62,912 bases of DNA from an uncultured Oscillospiraceae bacterium (GCA_965141735.1 CBCSOX010000001.1:1-62912), one strand, 5' to 3'. Positions 1 through 9,841 are shown, counted from the first letter of the stretch. Made by a program: numbers and translations. Notes: generated from the letters alone by a model not told the origin.

Positions 1-911
1 GGGTCAGGAGTGATGGTTTTGTCGGTGGTTCCCGGGGTGGCGGGCTTGGACTGTGAGGGGAGCTTGCCCTCCATGGTGCCGGTGACGCCGAAGATATTGA
101 CCCCTTTTTTCACATTGGCGGCGGTGAGGTCGGTGTCCCCGTAAACAGTGACGCTCGAAATGGATTTTCCGGGGTTGGGGCTGATGGTCTGCTGGGTCGC
201 CTTTGGGGTGACATAGCGCGGTTCGCCGGGCAGCGCGGGGGAGAGGGAACCGGTGACGTCAAAGATCTTCACTCCGCTGCGGACGTTGGCCGGAAGCAGG
301 GTGGAGGAACCGGCGACGCTGACGCTGCTGAACACCTCGCCGGGGTTGGGTTCGACCAGCTGCTCGGCGGCGGTCGGGGTGATGACCGCCTGGGTCTCCG
401 GCTTGCCCGCGGCAGCGGAACCGGTCACGCCGAAGATGCTTTTTCCAGTGCGGATGTTGGAGGAGACGAGGTTTGCGTCCCCCTTGACGGTCACGGAGGA
501 CAGGGCGTAGCCCGGGTCGGCGGACACCGTCTTGTCGGCGGTGCCGGGGACAACCGGGGGCTTGGTCTGTGAGGGGAGCTTGCCCTCCATGGTGCCGGTG
601 ACGCCGAAGATGTTGACCCCCTTTTTGACATTCGCTGCGGTCAGGTCGCTGTCGCCTGCAACGGTAAATTCGGAGAACACCTTGCCGGACGGCGGCCGGA
701 CGGTGCCCCCCGCCGCTGTTGGGGTGAAGGAGCCGGGCACCTCCGGCTTGGCGGGCTGCGCGGTCCCGGTGGTGAGCCCGGCAGAGGTCACCGCTTTTTT
801 GCCCAAGAGGATGTCGTCCGCCGTCGCCGTCGCGCTGTTGACCGCCTGGTTGATGGAATCGACGGCCGCGTCGATTTCCGCCCCGGTGTGGGACAGGTTG
901 TAGTTGCTCAT
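1..911 (-). CDS. Phage tail fibre-like repeat protein, 3' end runs off the window (not in ORF track)
   Basis: ATG at 911 after AAAGGAGG. Reads MSNYNLSHTGAEIDAAVDS... with ~57-aa repeats of type GDxxLxAxNVKKGVNIFGVTG, open to position 1. Lies distal to the tail genes. Confidence 0.75.
   Translation of the reverse strand, partial: MSNYNLSHTGAEIDAAVDSINQAVNSATATADDILLGKKAVTSAGLTTGTAQPAKPEVPGSFTPTAAGGTVRPPSGKVFSEFTVAGDSDLTAANVKKGVNIFGVTGTMEGKLPSQTKPPVVPGTADKTVSADPGYALSSVTVKGDANLVSSNIRTGKSIFGVTGSAAAGKPETQAVITPTAAEQLVEPNPGEVFSSVSVAGSSTLLPANVRSGVKIFDVTGSLSPALPGEPRYVTPKATQQTISPNPGKSISSVTVYGDTDLTAANVKKGVNIFGVTGTMEGKLPSQSKPATPGTTDKTITPD
51..648. repeat. Near-identical ~80-bp direct repeat (51-132 and 567-648), 516-bp period, inside the fibre gene
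   Basis: ctgtgaggggagcttgccctccatggtgccggtgacgccgaagat occurs at 51 and 567. Confidence 0.85.
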
Positions 912-924
912 CTGCAAGCCTCCT

Positions 925-1185
925 TTAGCTGTTGAGCGAGATCCACGCCGAAAAAAGCGCGTCGATCTCCTGTTCCCGCCAGCGGCTCTGATACGCCGTT
1001 TGGCTGGGAACCGTGTTGTAAACAAATAGATTGGCGCCTCCTCTGTCCGCGAGGTCGTTGCCGGCAGAGCCGCGCCAGGGGATGTAGGATTCGGTCAGCT
1101 CCGCCAGGCGGACGCTGAGGGTGAAGCTTCCCCCCGCGGTCACCGGGTTGGGGGAGAGCTGCACCGATTGGATTTGTAAAGACAT
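925..1185 (-). CDS. Small phage tail-associated hypothetical protein
   Basis: RBS GAGGTG, co-oriented in the tail operon, N-terminus IQSVQLSPNPVTAGGSFTLSV. Confidence 0.65.
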   Translation of the reverse strand: MSLQIQSVQLSPNPVTAGGSFTLSVRLAELTESYIPWRGSAGNDLADRGGANLFVYNTVPSQTAYQSRWREQEIDALFSAWISLNS

Positions 1186-1211
1186 AGAAACACCTCGTTT
1201 GCCCCGCCGCG

Positions 1212-1484
1212 CTACTGCGCGACGACCAGGCCGATGTTGGTTTTGAGAGTTTCCCCTCCGATGGTATAGGAAAGCTTCAGGGTATAGGACCCGATGTTTT
1301 TCGGCTGCAGCTGAGCGCAGATGATGTGGTTCGGCTCCAGGGTGCAGGTCCCTTCTTTTTCGGTTGTGTTTCCAAACAGCAGCTGGTAGCTGGGGTTGGA
1401 AATCGTGAAATCCTCGTTCAGGCTGCTGGTGATCTGCACCCGCACCTTTTTGTTTTCGCCTAAAATAAAGTTTGTTTTATACAC
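1212..1484 (-). CDS. Small beta-rich phage protein
   Basis: GAGGAGG RBS, GTG start overlapping the upstream stop, Ig-like pattern. Confidence 0.7.
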   Translation of the reverse strand: MYKTNFILGENKKVRVQITSSLNEDFTISNPSYQLLFGNTTEKEGTCTLEPNHIICAQLQPKNIGSYTLKLSYTIGGETLKTNIGLVVAQ

Positions 1485-2166
1485 ATTGGCACCTCCTCAT
1501 GATGGTGGCCTGATAGACAGGCTCGAGTAAATTGCAATGATAGTTTTGGAACGCCTCCGCCTTCCAGCCGGGCAGCCTTTTGGCGCACAGCGCGTCGGTG
1601 CGCACCGGCAGGCCGGAGAGCGCCACGGTGAAGGAGCGCGACTGGACCGCGGAGCGGTTGCCGTCGTTGTCCGACACCGCGAGGGTGGTTGTAAAACTCC
1701 CCGGATCCAACTTGGCGGGCGGGACGTAGGTGAGGTCCCAGCCGCCCGCGACGGGGGAAAGAGTCAGCCCGGGACTGCCCTGGGCGATCGGGGTTCCCCC
1801 AAAGGAAAACGAGAGGGAATTCAGGTCAATGCCCGAATTGTCATCCCGCAGCCGCGCGGTGACCGCCGGGCGGGAAGTCGTGAGCGTTGCGCCGGCCGCA
1901 GGGGCCGTGAACACGGCGGCGGGCTTTGCCGTCTCGCGCACCACCAGGCGAAGGGATTCCCCCAGCCCCGGCGTTGCGTCGTCCGCCGCCGCGGTTTCCC
2001 CCCGGTCGGTGCGGGCTGAGAGTTCAATTGGATAGTAGCCTCCCGCAAGCGGAAAGCTTGAACCTGAGGGTGCGGGACCTGTGTATTGGTACAATCCGGT
2101 CTGGGCATTGGGGGTGAGGGCGTATCGTTTGCCGCAAATGACAACCGTTGCTTGCTGAATGGCCAT
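1477..2166 (-). CDS. Ig-like domain phage tail protein
   Basis: AAGGAGG RBS. Ig-like motifs (P..GA.LTTSRP.V...DDNSGID; VSDNDGN.S...FTV). Confidence 0.7.
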   Translation of the reverse strand: MAIQQATVVICGKRYALTPNAQTGLYQYTGPAPSGSSFPLAGGYYPIELSARTDRGETAAADDATPGLGESLRLVVRETAKPAAVFTAPAAGATLTTSRPAVTARLRDDNSGIDLNSLSFSFGGTPIAQGSPGLTLSPVAGGWDLTYVPPAKLDPGSFTTTLAVSDNDGNRSAVQSRSFTVALSGLPVRTDALCAKRLPGWKAEAFQNYHCNLLEPVYQATIMRRCQCV

Positions 2167-2178
2167 GTAAAAACCTCC

Positions 2179-4308
2179 TTACTGGCCGGAGGACTGCGGT
2201 GCGGCTGCGTCGAGCCGTCCTTTGAATGCAGTCACCTGCGTCGTGAGCGATTCGATTTGTTCCTGCTGCTCCTGAATCGCTTTCCAGAGCACGCTGATCA
2301 GGTCATTGAGGCAGAGCTCCGGTCCCTGGCCCTCCTCGCCATCCGCCGGCATCGGCTGGTTCAGAGTGAGTCCAATCCGGCCTGTGGAAGCGCTCTGGAC
2401 AGCCGGCCCGTCGTCTTCAATCGGGACTTCATCGTATTCGTAGACGGTTCCCTGGGCGATGACCGACAAGGCGGAGCCGCTGTAGGCGCGCTGACTGGAC
2501 TTGAGGATGTGGGAATCCCCGATCCAGTATTCCTTGGCGTGCACCGGGGTAAAATACTGGTTTCTTGTCGAAACCACCCGCACACCCGCGTTGGTTGTCA
2601 GAAGGATTTCCTTGATGCCGCGGATTGCCAGGTTGTCCACATCGGTTTTGTACAGCAGAATCCCTCCTGTTTCAGAGGGAATTTCAAGCTGGTTTGACTC
2701 GAGCTTGCCCGCGCACACCAGCCCGTCGTGGTAGATGCGCACATTGGAAGTGCCGATGGTCGAGCTGGTGCCGCCCGCCCAGAAGGCGATGTTGGCGTGC
2801 TGAGGGGTGGCGCACATGCCGGTGCGCCCGTCCTGCCCGATAAATCCCATGCCCGTCAGATCCCAGCCGGCAAGGTTGCCGCTGGTTGATTCGATATGAC
2901 CGCTCATATAGAGGTTGCCATCCTGCAGCGAGAGCTGCCCGTTGTTGAAGCTGAAGCTGCCGTTGTCCATATCAATCCAGGTCTTTCCGCTTCCGGCTGA
3001 AATCCTGCCCGACCGGATCCGGTCCGCGTTCAGCGTCCCCGAGGTGATCCGGTCGGCGACAATTTCGTCCTCTTTGGTCATCGCCATGGTGTATCTTCCG
3101 TTGTAACCGCTCTTGCTGTGCCCGAGGCCGTCAATGTTCCAACGCCAGATGTTCTGCGCGGTTTTGTAGTCCTTCTGGTCAGCGATGATGATTTCGTTTT
3201 TATCCCCTTCCGTCACAAAGGTGATGTAGCTGTCCTCCAAATCGGTGATCAGCCCGGTTGCGCGTTCAATCGCCTGCTCCAGGCTTGATTTGGTGGCGTC
3301 GATTTCCTCCTGCACCTGAGAGTGAACCGAGTCGATCGACCCCTTGATCGTCTTTTTGACGTTGGAGAGGGTGACGACGTTGCTCATCGGGTCGAGGGGA
3401 TACTCTTTGTATTCAACAACTTGGTGGTCAACCCGGGTTTTGCGGACTCGGTCAATCAGGGTCACCACCGAGAAAATGTTGATTTTCAGCGACTGGTAGT
3501 CGCTGTTGAGACGGGCGAGGTCAATCACCCTGCACTCGTAGCTGCGCACTGGAACGGCGAGCTGCTGCAGCTGTTTTTCTGCCGCTTCCTTGAGTTCCTG
3601 GGCGGATTCGATGCCGGTGTCTTTCCAGACTGCGCTCACGATTTCATCCGAATAGCTGTTGTTGTCGAGATAGGGTTTTCCGCTGTTGACCGATTCGATC
3701 GTCAGCCCGTCTTTGCCGTAAGCATACAGACGGGTGACGAACTGGTTGGTATCCCCCTTAAAGGAGACGGACTCCAGGTTGAGCTCATCGGTGAGGTACA
3801 CCCCCTGTGCGGTCTGTTTGTGCGGCTCGATCACAGTCACCGATTTTTCCTTGTGGTTGAAGGCATAGCTGACGCTGTACAGCTCTTGACAGGAGGCGAG
3901 AACATCGTAATCGGTCATTTCCTCAAACTGAACTTCCTGTCTTTGTGTCACTGTTCCGGTTCCAACCGAATGCCAGCCGGTGCGCGCGCAGATATCGTCG
4001 AGAATATCGCCGAACACAACGGAGAGGCCGTTTTTGGAATAGGTTTTGTGGAACGTCTTTTTAAAGTCGTAAAGGTCGAGTTCACAGTCAATGGAAGCTG
4101 TTTCTGTGCGCTCGTTGATCGCTTTGACGATGAAAACTTGGTCTAAGTAACCGATCTTGCATTCCTCCCCGAGCAGCTGATACAGCTGGTGCTGGGGGGA
4201 GATGTCAAACGAGAGGGTGTCGTTCCCATCGTAGAGGCGGGTGATGCATAAATTTGAGACGCCCTCGAGCGGGTAACTCGGGACGCCGCCGCTGTAAAGA
4301 GTAATCAA
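2179..4308 (-). CDS. Tal / tail spike (Prophage_tail-like) with C-terminal chaperone-like coiled coil
   Basis: VTRLYAYGKDGLTIESVN.GKPYL, IWRWNIDGLGHSKSGYNG and ADRITSGTLNADRI motifs. C-terminal LISVLWKAIQEQQEQIESL. Follows Dit. Confidence 0.85.
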   Translation of the reverse strand: MITLYSGGVPSYPLEGVSNLCITRLYDGNDTLSFDISPQHQLYQLLGEECKIGYLDQVFIVKAINERTETASIDCELDLYDFKKTFHKTYSKNGLSVVFGDILDDICARTGWHSVGTGTVTQRQEVQFEEMTDYDVLASCQELYSVSYAFNHKEKSVTVIEPHKQTAQGVYLTDELNLESVSFKGDTNQFVTRLYAYGKDGLTIESVNSGKPYLDNNSYSDEIVSAVWKDTGIESAQELKEAAEKQLQQLAVPVRSYECRVIDLARLNSDYQSLKINIFSVVTLIDRVRKTRVDHQVVEYKEYPLDPMSNVVTLSNVKKTIKGSIDSVHSQVQEEIDATKSSLEQAIERATGLITDLEDSYITFVTEGDKNEIIIADQKDYKTAQNIWRWNIDGLGHSKSGYNGRYTMAMTKEDEIVADRITSGTLNADRIRSGRISAGSGKTWIDMDNGSFSFNNGQLSLQDGNLYMSGHIESTSGNLAGWDLTGMGFIGQDGRTGMCATPQHANIAFWAGGTSSTIGTSNVRIYHDGLVCAGKLESNQLEIPSETGGILLYKTDVDNLAIRGIKEILLTTNAGVRVVSTRNQYFTPVHAKEYWIGDSHILKSSQRAYSGSALSVIAQGTVYEYDEVPIEDDGPAVQSASTGRIGLTLNQPMPADGEEGQGPELCLNDLISVLWKAIQEQQEQIESLTTQVTAFKGRLDAAAPQSSGQ

Positions 4309-4322
4309 AAAAACACCTCCTT

Positions 4323-5021
4323 TTACAAGTAAGACGGATAGAACGAGACGCTCACCGGAACCGACCCAGACAACAGAAGGGTGTTGACGCCTGGATCAAG
4401 CCGGGGGAAATCGATCAGGTTGGTGTTTTGGAAATGGTTGACCCCGTTGAGCGTTACCGTGCACGCTGTTCCGTCGATCACAAACTTCTGGTTCGCCTTG
4501 AGGTTGTTCACAGTGACCGAATTATCCTCTTTTCCGGAAAAGGTGAGTGTGAGCGAGGCGAGGTTCGCTGTGGGAGTGACCGTGACCACACAGCGGCTGG
4601 GAAGGTTCCCGGTGCAGAAAATTTCATGCCTGGTGCCCGAGGCGAACGACACTGTCTGCAGTTCCTTGTGCTGCACCGCGTCAAAGTTGTAGCTCACCTC
4701 CTGGTAGTTGGGCAGGATTTCCACCACCTCCGAGATGCTGGTCAGGATGCAGGTGTAGGTGAAGCCGTCGGGGAGCCAGAGCTCGCTTTTGGACTGCACC
4801 TCGCACGCGAAGGCGGAGATTTTAGCAATGGTGTCCTCCCGGTCCTCCCCCTCAAAGGTGATGGTCACGGTGAGGGGGCGCAGACCGATATCGGTGTGCA
4901 GCAGCACCGGGGCCAAACAGCCCGGCCCGCGCAGGTAGTCGTTGGTCACCGCCGAGCCCCCGAGGGAGTAACTCAGCAGTTTTCCACCGAATTCGGCTAT
5001 TTTTTTGTTGTTGACTAGCAT
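4323..5021 (-). CDS. Distal tail protein (Dit)
   Basis: Between TMP and Tal, C-terminal DFPRLDPGVN. ATG coupled to the TMP stop (TAATG). Confidence 0.8.
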   Translation of the reverse strand: MLVNNKKIAEFGGKLLSYSLGGSAVTNDYLRGPGCLAPVLLHTDIGLRPLTVTITFEGEDREDTIAKISAFACEVQSKSELWLPDGFTYTCILTSISEVVEILPNYQEVSYNFDAVQHKELQTVSFASGTRHEIFCTGNLPSRCVVTVTPTANLASLTLTFSGKEDNSVTVNNLKANQKFVIDGTACTVTLNGVNHFQNTNLIDFPRLDPGVNTLLLSGSVPVSVSFYPSYL

Positions 5022-6988
5022 TACAAATTCCTCCATGCAAGTTCTTCGGACATGTAGTTCGCCGTCGCTACGGCGAACTCCCGCCCGTCAATGTTGAGGA
5101 CTGTCTTGATCTTTCCGGACGCGGGGATGAGGCCGGTGTCCGCGCCCGCGGCAGAAGCGGAGGCTGCTGTGAGGGAACCGTTGGCGGTCACCCCAATCGC
5201 CGCGCTGAGGCGGCCCGCCTGCAGCTCGGTTTCCTGTTTCATTCGCGCATACAGATTGGAAAGGTTGTTTCCTTTGTCCAGATCAAACTGTTTGAGCACA
5301 TTCTTGCTGATCTGGTCCGCCTGTTTGAGCAGGGTGCCTTCCTCGTCCGAAAGGCCGAGCTCCGCACCCTTCATGAGATATCGAAAAATCGAACGGGTTT
5401 TGCGAGAGGGGGAGTGCTCGTCAAACGCGCGTCGGTAGCGGTAGATGATGCCGGTCGCGGTTTCGTCCGCCTTGGCGAACAGGAGGGGCTGCGCCTTTTT
5501 CATCTCGTCGAGCATTGGACCCATTGCGCTTTGGAATGCGCTGCGGGATTCGGGCGGCATGTCGTCGAGGTTGAGCAGGAATCCGTCTTTAATATCTTTG
5601 GACTCGTCTGAAATCTTACCTCCGTAGAGCTCGGAGTCGGCGAGCATGGCCAGCCAGTTGCCCGCCATTCGGGCGGTTTCTTCATCCATGTTGCCCGCCA
5701 TCTGGTCACCAATCGTTTTCATTTTGTCCGCATGGTTTCGATCAAGTTCTTCTTCTCTTTTATTCACATCTTTTAGATGTTCAAGATCTACTTCCCCAGA
5801 TGCCAATGTACATTCATTGCGTTCATTGGCAAGTTGTTTTTTCTGCTGATTGTACCAGTATTCTTCGGAAATGGCCTCCTCGTTGAGCTCTCCGGCCTGT
5901 TCGAGGTGATTTTTGAGTTCCTCGTTTTGGTCGAGATAGCCCTGCGCGACAATTGAGAGGGTTTCGCCGCACTGGGCATTCGCTTCGTCAATTTTTTTCT
6001 GCTTCTGCTCCCGCATGGCCTCAACTTCCGACTCGTACCACGCCTGGGTGTATTCGTCGCTTTTGCCGATCATCTGCTGCTTGAGCAGCAGTTCCTCGGT
6101 GTACTGCTCCTCCGCCTTGGCGATGATTTGGTCCTTGGTCTGCTGGGCCGAGTTCATCACCTTTTTGGCGTACTCCTCGTATTCCATCGCTGACCCCTCG
6201 TGGACGGTGGCGAGCGTCTCCGCCTCAATCCGCACAGCGTCCGCATAGCTCTGCTCCATTTCAATTTCCTGCTGGTTGAGCTCCTGCATCCGCGCGAACT
6301 TCGCCTCGACAGAGGCGAGCTCCTCTTGGTTGAGGGTGTTGTGGGTATTCTTTGCGTTTTGGATGGTCTGGGTGATGGAGTTTTGGACTGCGTCCATCTC
6401 CTCCCCAAGGGAGGCGTAGGTATCGATCGAGAGGACGATGTTGGCGTTTACCCCCTCGAGCACGTTGCCCGCCGAGGCAATCGAGTTGTAAAAATCAGAC
6501 GCAGCAGAGGCCGTCTGGGCATAGATGTTGCCCATCTCGGTAAACGGCGCCTGCATGTTGGCAGCCATTTCCTCCGCCCTTTTTTGTGAGTCCGCAGTGG
6601 CGAGGGAAAAAGCCCCGACCAGGCCGGTGATCGCGAGCCCCGCGATGCCTGCCGCCCCGCCAACGCTAAACAGCTGACCAATGGTGGCTGCCGCGTTGAA
6701 GGCGTTGCCCAGGTTGAACATGTTCTGGCCAAAGTTGTCCACCCCTTGCATCACCGTCTGCATCGAGCCGTCCATCTCTCCCATGGAGCCCTTGAATGCT
6801 TTCGTGAGGTTTTGGGTGCTCAGTCCGATTTTGTAGAAGGAATTGCCGAGTGTTCCGATCTGGTCGTTTAAACTGGCGACCTGTTCTGTGCCCTCAATAT
6901 TGAGTTTGACATTGACGCTGGCCCCCAACTCGTTTTTAATTGCGGTTTCGATGGCTTCACCTATTTTATTAGAATTTTCTGCCATCAT
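5021..6988 (-). CDS. Tail tape measure protein (~655 aa)
   Basis: ATG at 6988 after TAGGAGGTG. Helical, with a hydrophobic Gly/Ala patch, HSPSR motif and C-terminal LNIDGREFA. Confidence 0.85.
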   Translation of the reverse strand: MMAENSNKIGEAIETAIKNELGASVNVKLNIEGTEQVASLNDQIGTLGNSFYKIGLSTQNLTKAFKGSMGEMDGSMQTVMQGVDNFGQNMFNLGNAFNAAATIGQLFSVGGAAGIAGLAITGLVGAFSLATADSQKRAEEMAANMQAPFTEMGNIYAQTASAASDFYNSIASAGNVLEGVNANIVLSIDTYASLGEEMDAVQNSITQTIQNAKNTHNTLNQEELASVEAKFARMQELNQQEIEMEQSYADAVRIEAETLATVHEGSAMEYEEYAKKVMNSAQQTKDQIIAKAEEQYTEELLLKQQMIGKSDEYTQAWYESEVEAMREQKQKKIDEANAQCGETLSIVAQGYLDQNEELKNHLEQAGELNEEAISEEYWYNQQKKQLANERNECTLASGEVDLEHLKDVNKREEELDRNHADKMKTIGDQMAGNMDEETARMAGNWLAMLADSELYGGKISDESKDIKDGFLLNLDDMPPESRSAFQSAMGPMLDEMKKAQPLLFAKADETATGIIYRYRRAFDEHSPSRKTRSIFRYLMKGAELGLSDEEGTLLKQADQISKNVLKQFDLDKGNNLSNLYARMKQETELQAGRLSAAIGVTANGSLTAASASAAGADTGLIPASGKIKTVLNIDGREFAVATANYMSEELAWRNL

Positions 6989-7007
6989 TTCACCTCCTAA
7001 TGGATAG

Positions 7008-7033
7008 AAAAAAGCACGCCGCAGGCGTGCTTT
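7008..7033 (-). terminator. Intrinsic terminator immediately upstream of the TMP RBS
   Basis: Stem aaagcacgcc-gca-ggcgtgcttt followed by a U-run on the minus strand. Confidence 0.65.
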
Positions 7034-7089
7034 GGGAATGTGTGAAAAACAAATGGACCGGACACAAGTCCGATCCATTTCTGGTATTT

Positions 7090-7823
7090 GTTTCAAATTT
7101 TGCTCCGGCTGGACAGGGGTCACATGGATACTGGGGGAGTTTTTGGTGTAGGATTTATTTGGGTCAGCTGCCTGAAACACAGGGCTGATCTCGGTGCCAT
7201 CCAGCGTCGTATTTTTTTCATAGCCTTCCGTTCTGCTTACAGGATCGGTTTCTCTGAGTTCGGAAAGGATCTCTTCGCATTTTTTTCGGATAGTTTGGGC
7301 AAAAGTGTGCGCCGGGTGGCGCGGTTGATTTGATTCCAGGCATCCTCAGCGCCGGGCGCGGCCTCATCGGTGTACAAACTGTTGCTGACCATGAGAATTT
7401 TATCCCTGCCGCCGTCATTCATAATGGAAAAATTGCCCATAGAATCGGCGTAGTCGTATCTGTAGTCAACGATTTTTTCAACGACTCGTCCTGATCGGAA
7501 GCCTGGTCGAGATAAAGCGTATTGGAAACGGATGATACCTCCTGTGTGTCACTTTCTTCCAAAAAGGAGAAGAAACCACCGTCACTTGAATAACGAAAGT
7601 TTGCGGCAATCCTGAACGGATTGATTTCGCCGCCGAAATTGCCATTGTAGTTTGTGACAGAGAGCTCACCGATACGGTGGGATTCGTCCTCGACGAGCTG
7701 GTTGATGGTCTGCTTGAGTTTTTCGGATCCGTCAGCGGATAATTGCTGAGTATTGGCGCCGCAAGCGGTTAAAATCACTAGGAAAAAAGCAAATGCGAGT
7801 GCGCACACTGAAATTTTTTTCAT
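7090..7823 (-). pseudogene. Chimeric, frameshifted remnant of two lipoprotein paralogs of 8067-8681
   Basis: 7823-~7490 has a lipobox (LTAC) and aligns to the N-half of 8067-8681. From ~7479 another frame (EKIVDYRY...GNFSIMNDGG...) re-aligns to the same segment. A -1 nt shift in the A7 run near 7280 precedes CEEILSEL...AADPNKSYTKNS. Confidence 0.75.
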
Positions 7824-7877
7824 ATTGATCTCCTTCCTTTTCCGTTAATAGCCCATACAAACTGCGCCTTTTCATAG

Positions 7878-7905
7878 AGTATACCATAAAAGGATAACAG
7901 CTCAA
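7878..7905 (-). promoter_or_regulatory. Putative sigma-A promoter of the lipoprotein moron
   Basis: TTGAGC-N16-TATACT with an extended TG, ~55 nt upstream of ATG 7823. Confidence 0.45.
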
Positions 7906-8066
7906 TAAACTTCATTTAGAGAATTACAGGGGGATTGGGCTGTGATGGGAAACGGCCGGGAGACCTAATTTCTAAACTTGGGAGGATATCCGTTCCTGTT
8001 GCTTTTATTCTGCAAAAAGAATGGACCGGATTTGCGTCCGGTCCATTCTCTATTAGAAACGCTGTT

Positions 8067-8681
8067 TTATTTGTCTGTCGGCTGAACGGGCATTACATTC
8101 AGTTTGATGGAATTTTCTGTGTAGGATTTATCCGGATCCGCCGCAGTAAACCGAAGGGTAATTGCGACGCCGTCGATCTCCTCGCTTTTTTTGTAGCCTT
8201 CGGTTCTGCTTGCGCTGTCGGTTTCCCCGAGCTCGGAGAGGACCTCCTCACATTTTTGTTCGGAGAGCTTGGGGAGCGCGGTGCGCAGGATGGAGCGGTT
8301 GGTCTCCTTCCAGGCGTTTTCAGCGTTCGGGGAAGCCTCGTCGGTAGATAGGTCACTGCTCATGGACAGCACCTTGTTTTCCCCGCCGTCCTCCATTATG
8401 GAAAAATGGCATGCGCCATCTGGATTGGAATAGGAATAGTAAACGGTTTTTTCCATGTTGGACAGAGCCTTTTCCCCTTCGTTTACACTGGCTTTGAGTT
8501 CACCTATTTTGTTTGAATCGGTTGGAATCCGCTCGTTGATCCGATCCCTGCACTCGCTGACGCTCAAGTTAAATCCAATCCACCCTGATTTAAATTTTGT
8601 GACCAGCCCTTTTTGGCCGCAGCCGGCAAAGGCGGCGATGAAGAAAATTGCGCACAGTGTGAGAGAAACAACCTTTTTCAT
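8067..8681 (-). CDS. Lipoprotein moron between chaperone and TMP genes
   Basis: GGAGG RBS, signal peptide MKKVVSLTLCAIFFIAAFAGC (lipobox). Hairpin at 8020-8047 downstream is paralogous to 7051-7080. Confidence 0.8.
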   Translation of the reverse strand: MKKVVSLTLCAIFFIAAFAGCGQKGLVTKFKSGWIGFNLSVSECRDRINERIPTDSNKIGELKASVNEGEKALSNMEKTVYYSYSNPDGACHFSIMEDGGENKVLSMSSDLSTDEASPNAENAWKETNRSILRTALPKLSEQKCEEVLSELGETDSASRTEGYKKSEEIDGVAITLRFTAADPDKSYTENSIKLNVMPVQPTDK

Positions 8682-8915
8682 TTTCAAAACCTCCAAAATT
8701 TGAATCTGTCAGAATGTATTGCTTTTGGGGTTGCTCAGAAGGCGCTTAAAAAGTTAAATTTTGCAAACTTTCTATTTGTTTTATACTGCATACCACAAAA
8801 ATACAATTATGAAAATATCTGAACAAGAGGAATTTGAAGACAGTTGTTTCTCAACTGGCTGAAAACGGTTACAGCGGATGATGTGCCTGCCGGTGCGGGC
8901 CAAAACCGGGTGGTA

Positions 8916-9512
8916 TTATTTAAACAAATCGCTGAGGTTTCCGCTTCCGAGCAGCACCTCTTCCAGAGCGCTCGCCTTTTTCTTGAGCAGCTTGGACTGC
9001 GGAATCTGGTAGAGCTTTTTCATGCTCCGGTAGAAGGAGCGCTGCTCGTCGCTCATGTTGCCGGTGATTTTGACCGAACGGTAGCCGATGATCTTGGAAA
9101 TCTGGTTATCCTCCCGCAGCCCCTTGAACAGGGCGCGGAAGCACCACCAGTGGAGATTTACCGTCTGCAGGTCAATCCCGTACTGGTCCATAAATGCGGC
9201 GTAGATGTACTCGTGGTCAAAAGAGAAGGAATAGACCGGGCCCTGCTGCCCCTGCGCGGCAGACTGGCCAGTCTCGTCCGGCTCATCGCCGCCGCGGTAA
9301 AACCACAGCAGCTGTTCGAGCGCTTCGGCGGGGTCGGGCGGGATCTCGGGGTAATACAGGGAAAAAGCGCGGATCAGCTTCTCTTCGTCCCCGAGCGAAT
9401 CGTCCTGCATCATGACCTCAAACTCAACCGAGGTGGCAAAGTCCCAATTGATGGGGTACTCCTCCCCGCAGACTTTTACCGTGTGAGGAGGCTGTTCGTA
9501 CAAAAGGTTCAT
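8916..9512 (-). CDS. Gp15-family phage tail assembly protein
   Basis: YSFSFDHEYIYAAFMDQYGIDL..LHWWCFRALF..ISKIIGYR signature. Confidence 0.9.
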   Translation of the reverse strand: MNLLYEQPPHTVKVCGEEYPINWDFATSVEFEVMMQDDSLGDEEKLIRAFSLYYPEIPPDPAEALEQLLWFYRGGDEPDETGQSAAQGQQGPVYSFSFDHEYIYAAFMDQYGIDLQTVNLHWWCFRALFKGLREDNQISKIIGYRSVKITGNMSDEQRSFYRSMKKLYQIPQSKLLKKKASALEEVLLGSGNLSDLFK

Positions 9513-9841
9513 CAGCTGTCAAACCCTTCGCCGCGGCACTGCTCAATGAGCCTGACCATATTTTTTTGCTGTCGGTTGACCTCCAGCAAAATCTCCTCCG
9601 TTGCCGTGAGGCATTTGGTCAAGTTGGTTTCCTCCCCAAAGAGCTTCAGGGAGGTTCCCATTCCAAACAGGGTGTCGAAAAAGGAAAAAACTGCGCTGCA
9701 CTGGGTGCGGATGCTGTCCGCCAGCCGGGTGTTTTCATCCGGCTGCGGGATGGAACGGAGAATGGAGAGCGCCTGTTCGTAGCGCTGCGCGGTATCTGCG
9801 TCATAGAGATCAAAATAGAGTTCTGTGCCATTGATTTTCAT
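9512..9841 (-). CDS. Tail assembly chaperone
   Basis: MKING.EL..D.YDAD...FFDTLFG.GTS.KLFG, between the tube gene and Gp15. Confidence 0.8.
   Translation of the reverse strand: MKINGTELYFDLYDADTAQRYEQALSILRSIPQPDENTRLADSIRTQCSAVFSFFDTLFGMGTSLKLFGEETNLTKCLTATEEILLEVNRQQKNMVRLIEQCRGEGFDS

Noticed and set aside
51..648. Diversity-generating retroelement TR/VR pair
   Set aside because: Both copies are in-frame coding repeats, the differences are mostly synonymous rather than adenine-specific, and no reverse transcriptase is present.
6989..7180. N-terminal 64 aa of the 719-aa TMP ORF
   Set aside because: It is the lipoprotein remnant plus hairpins. The true RBS and ATG are at 6988.
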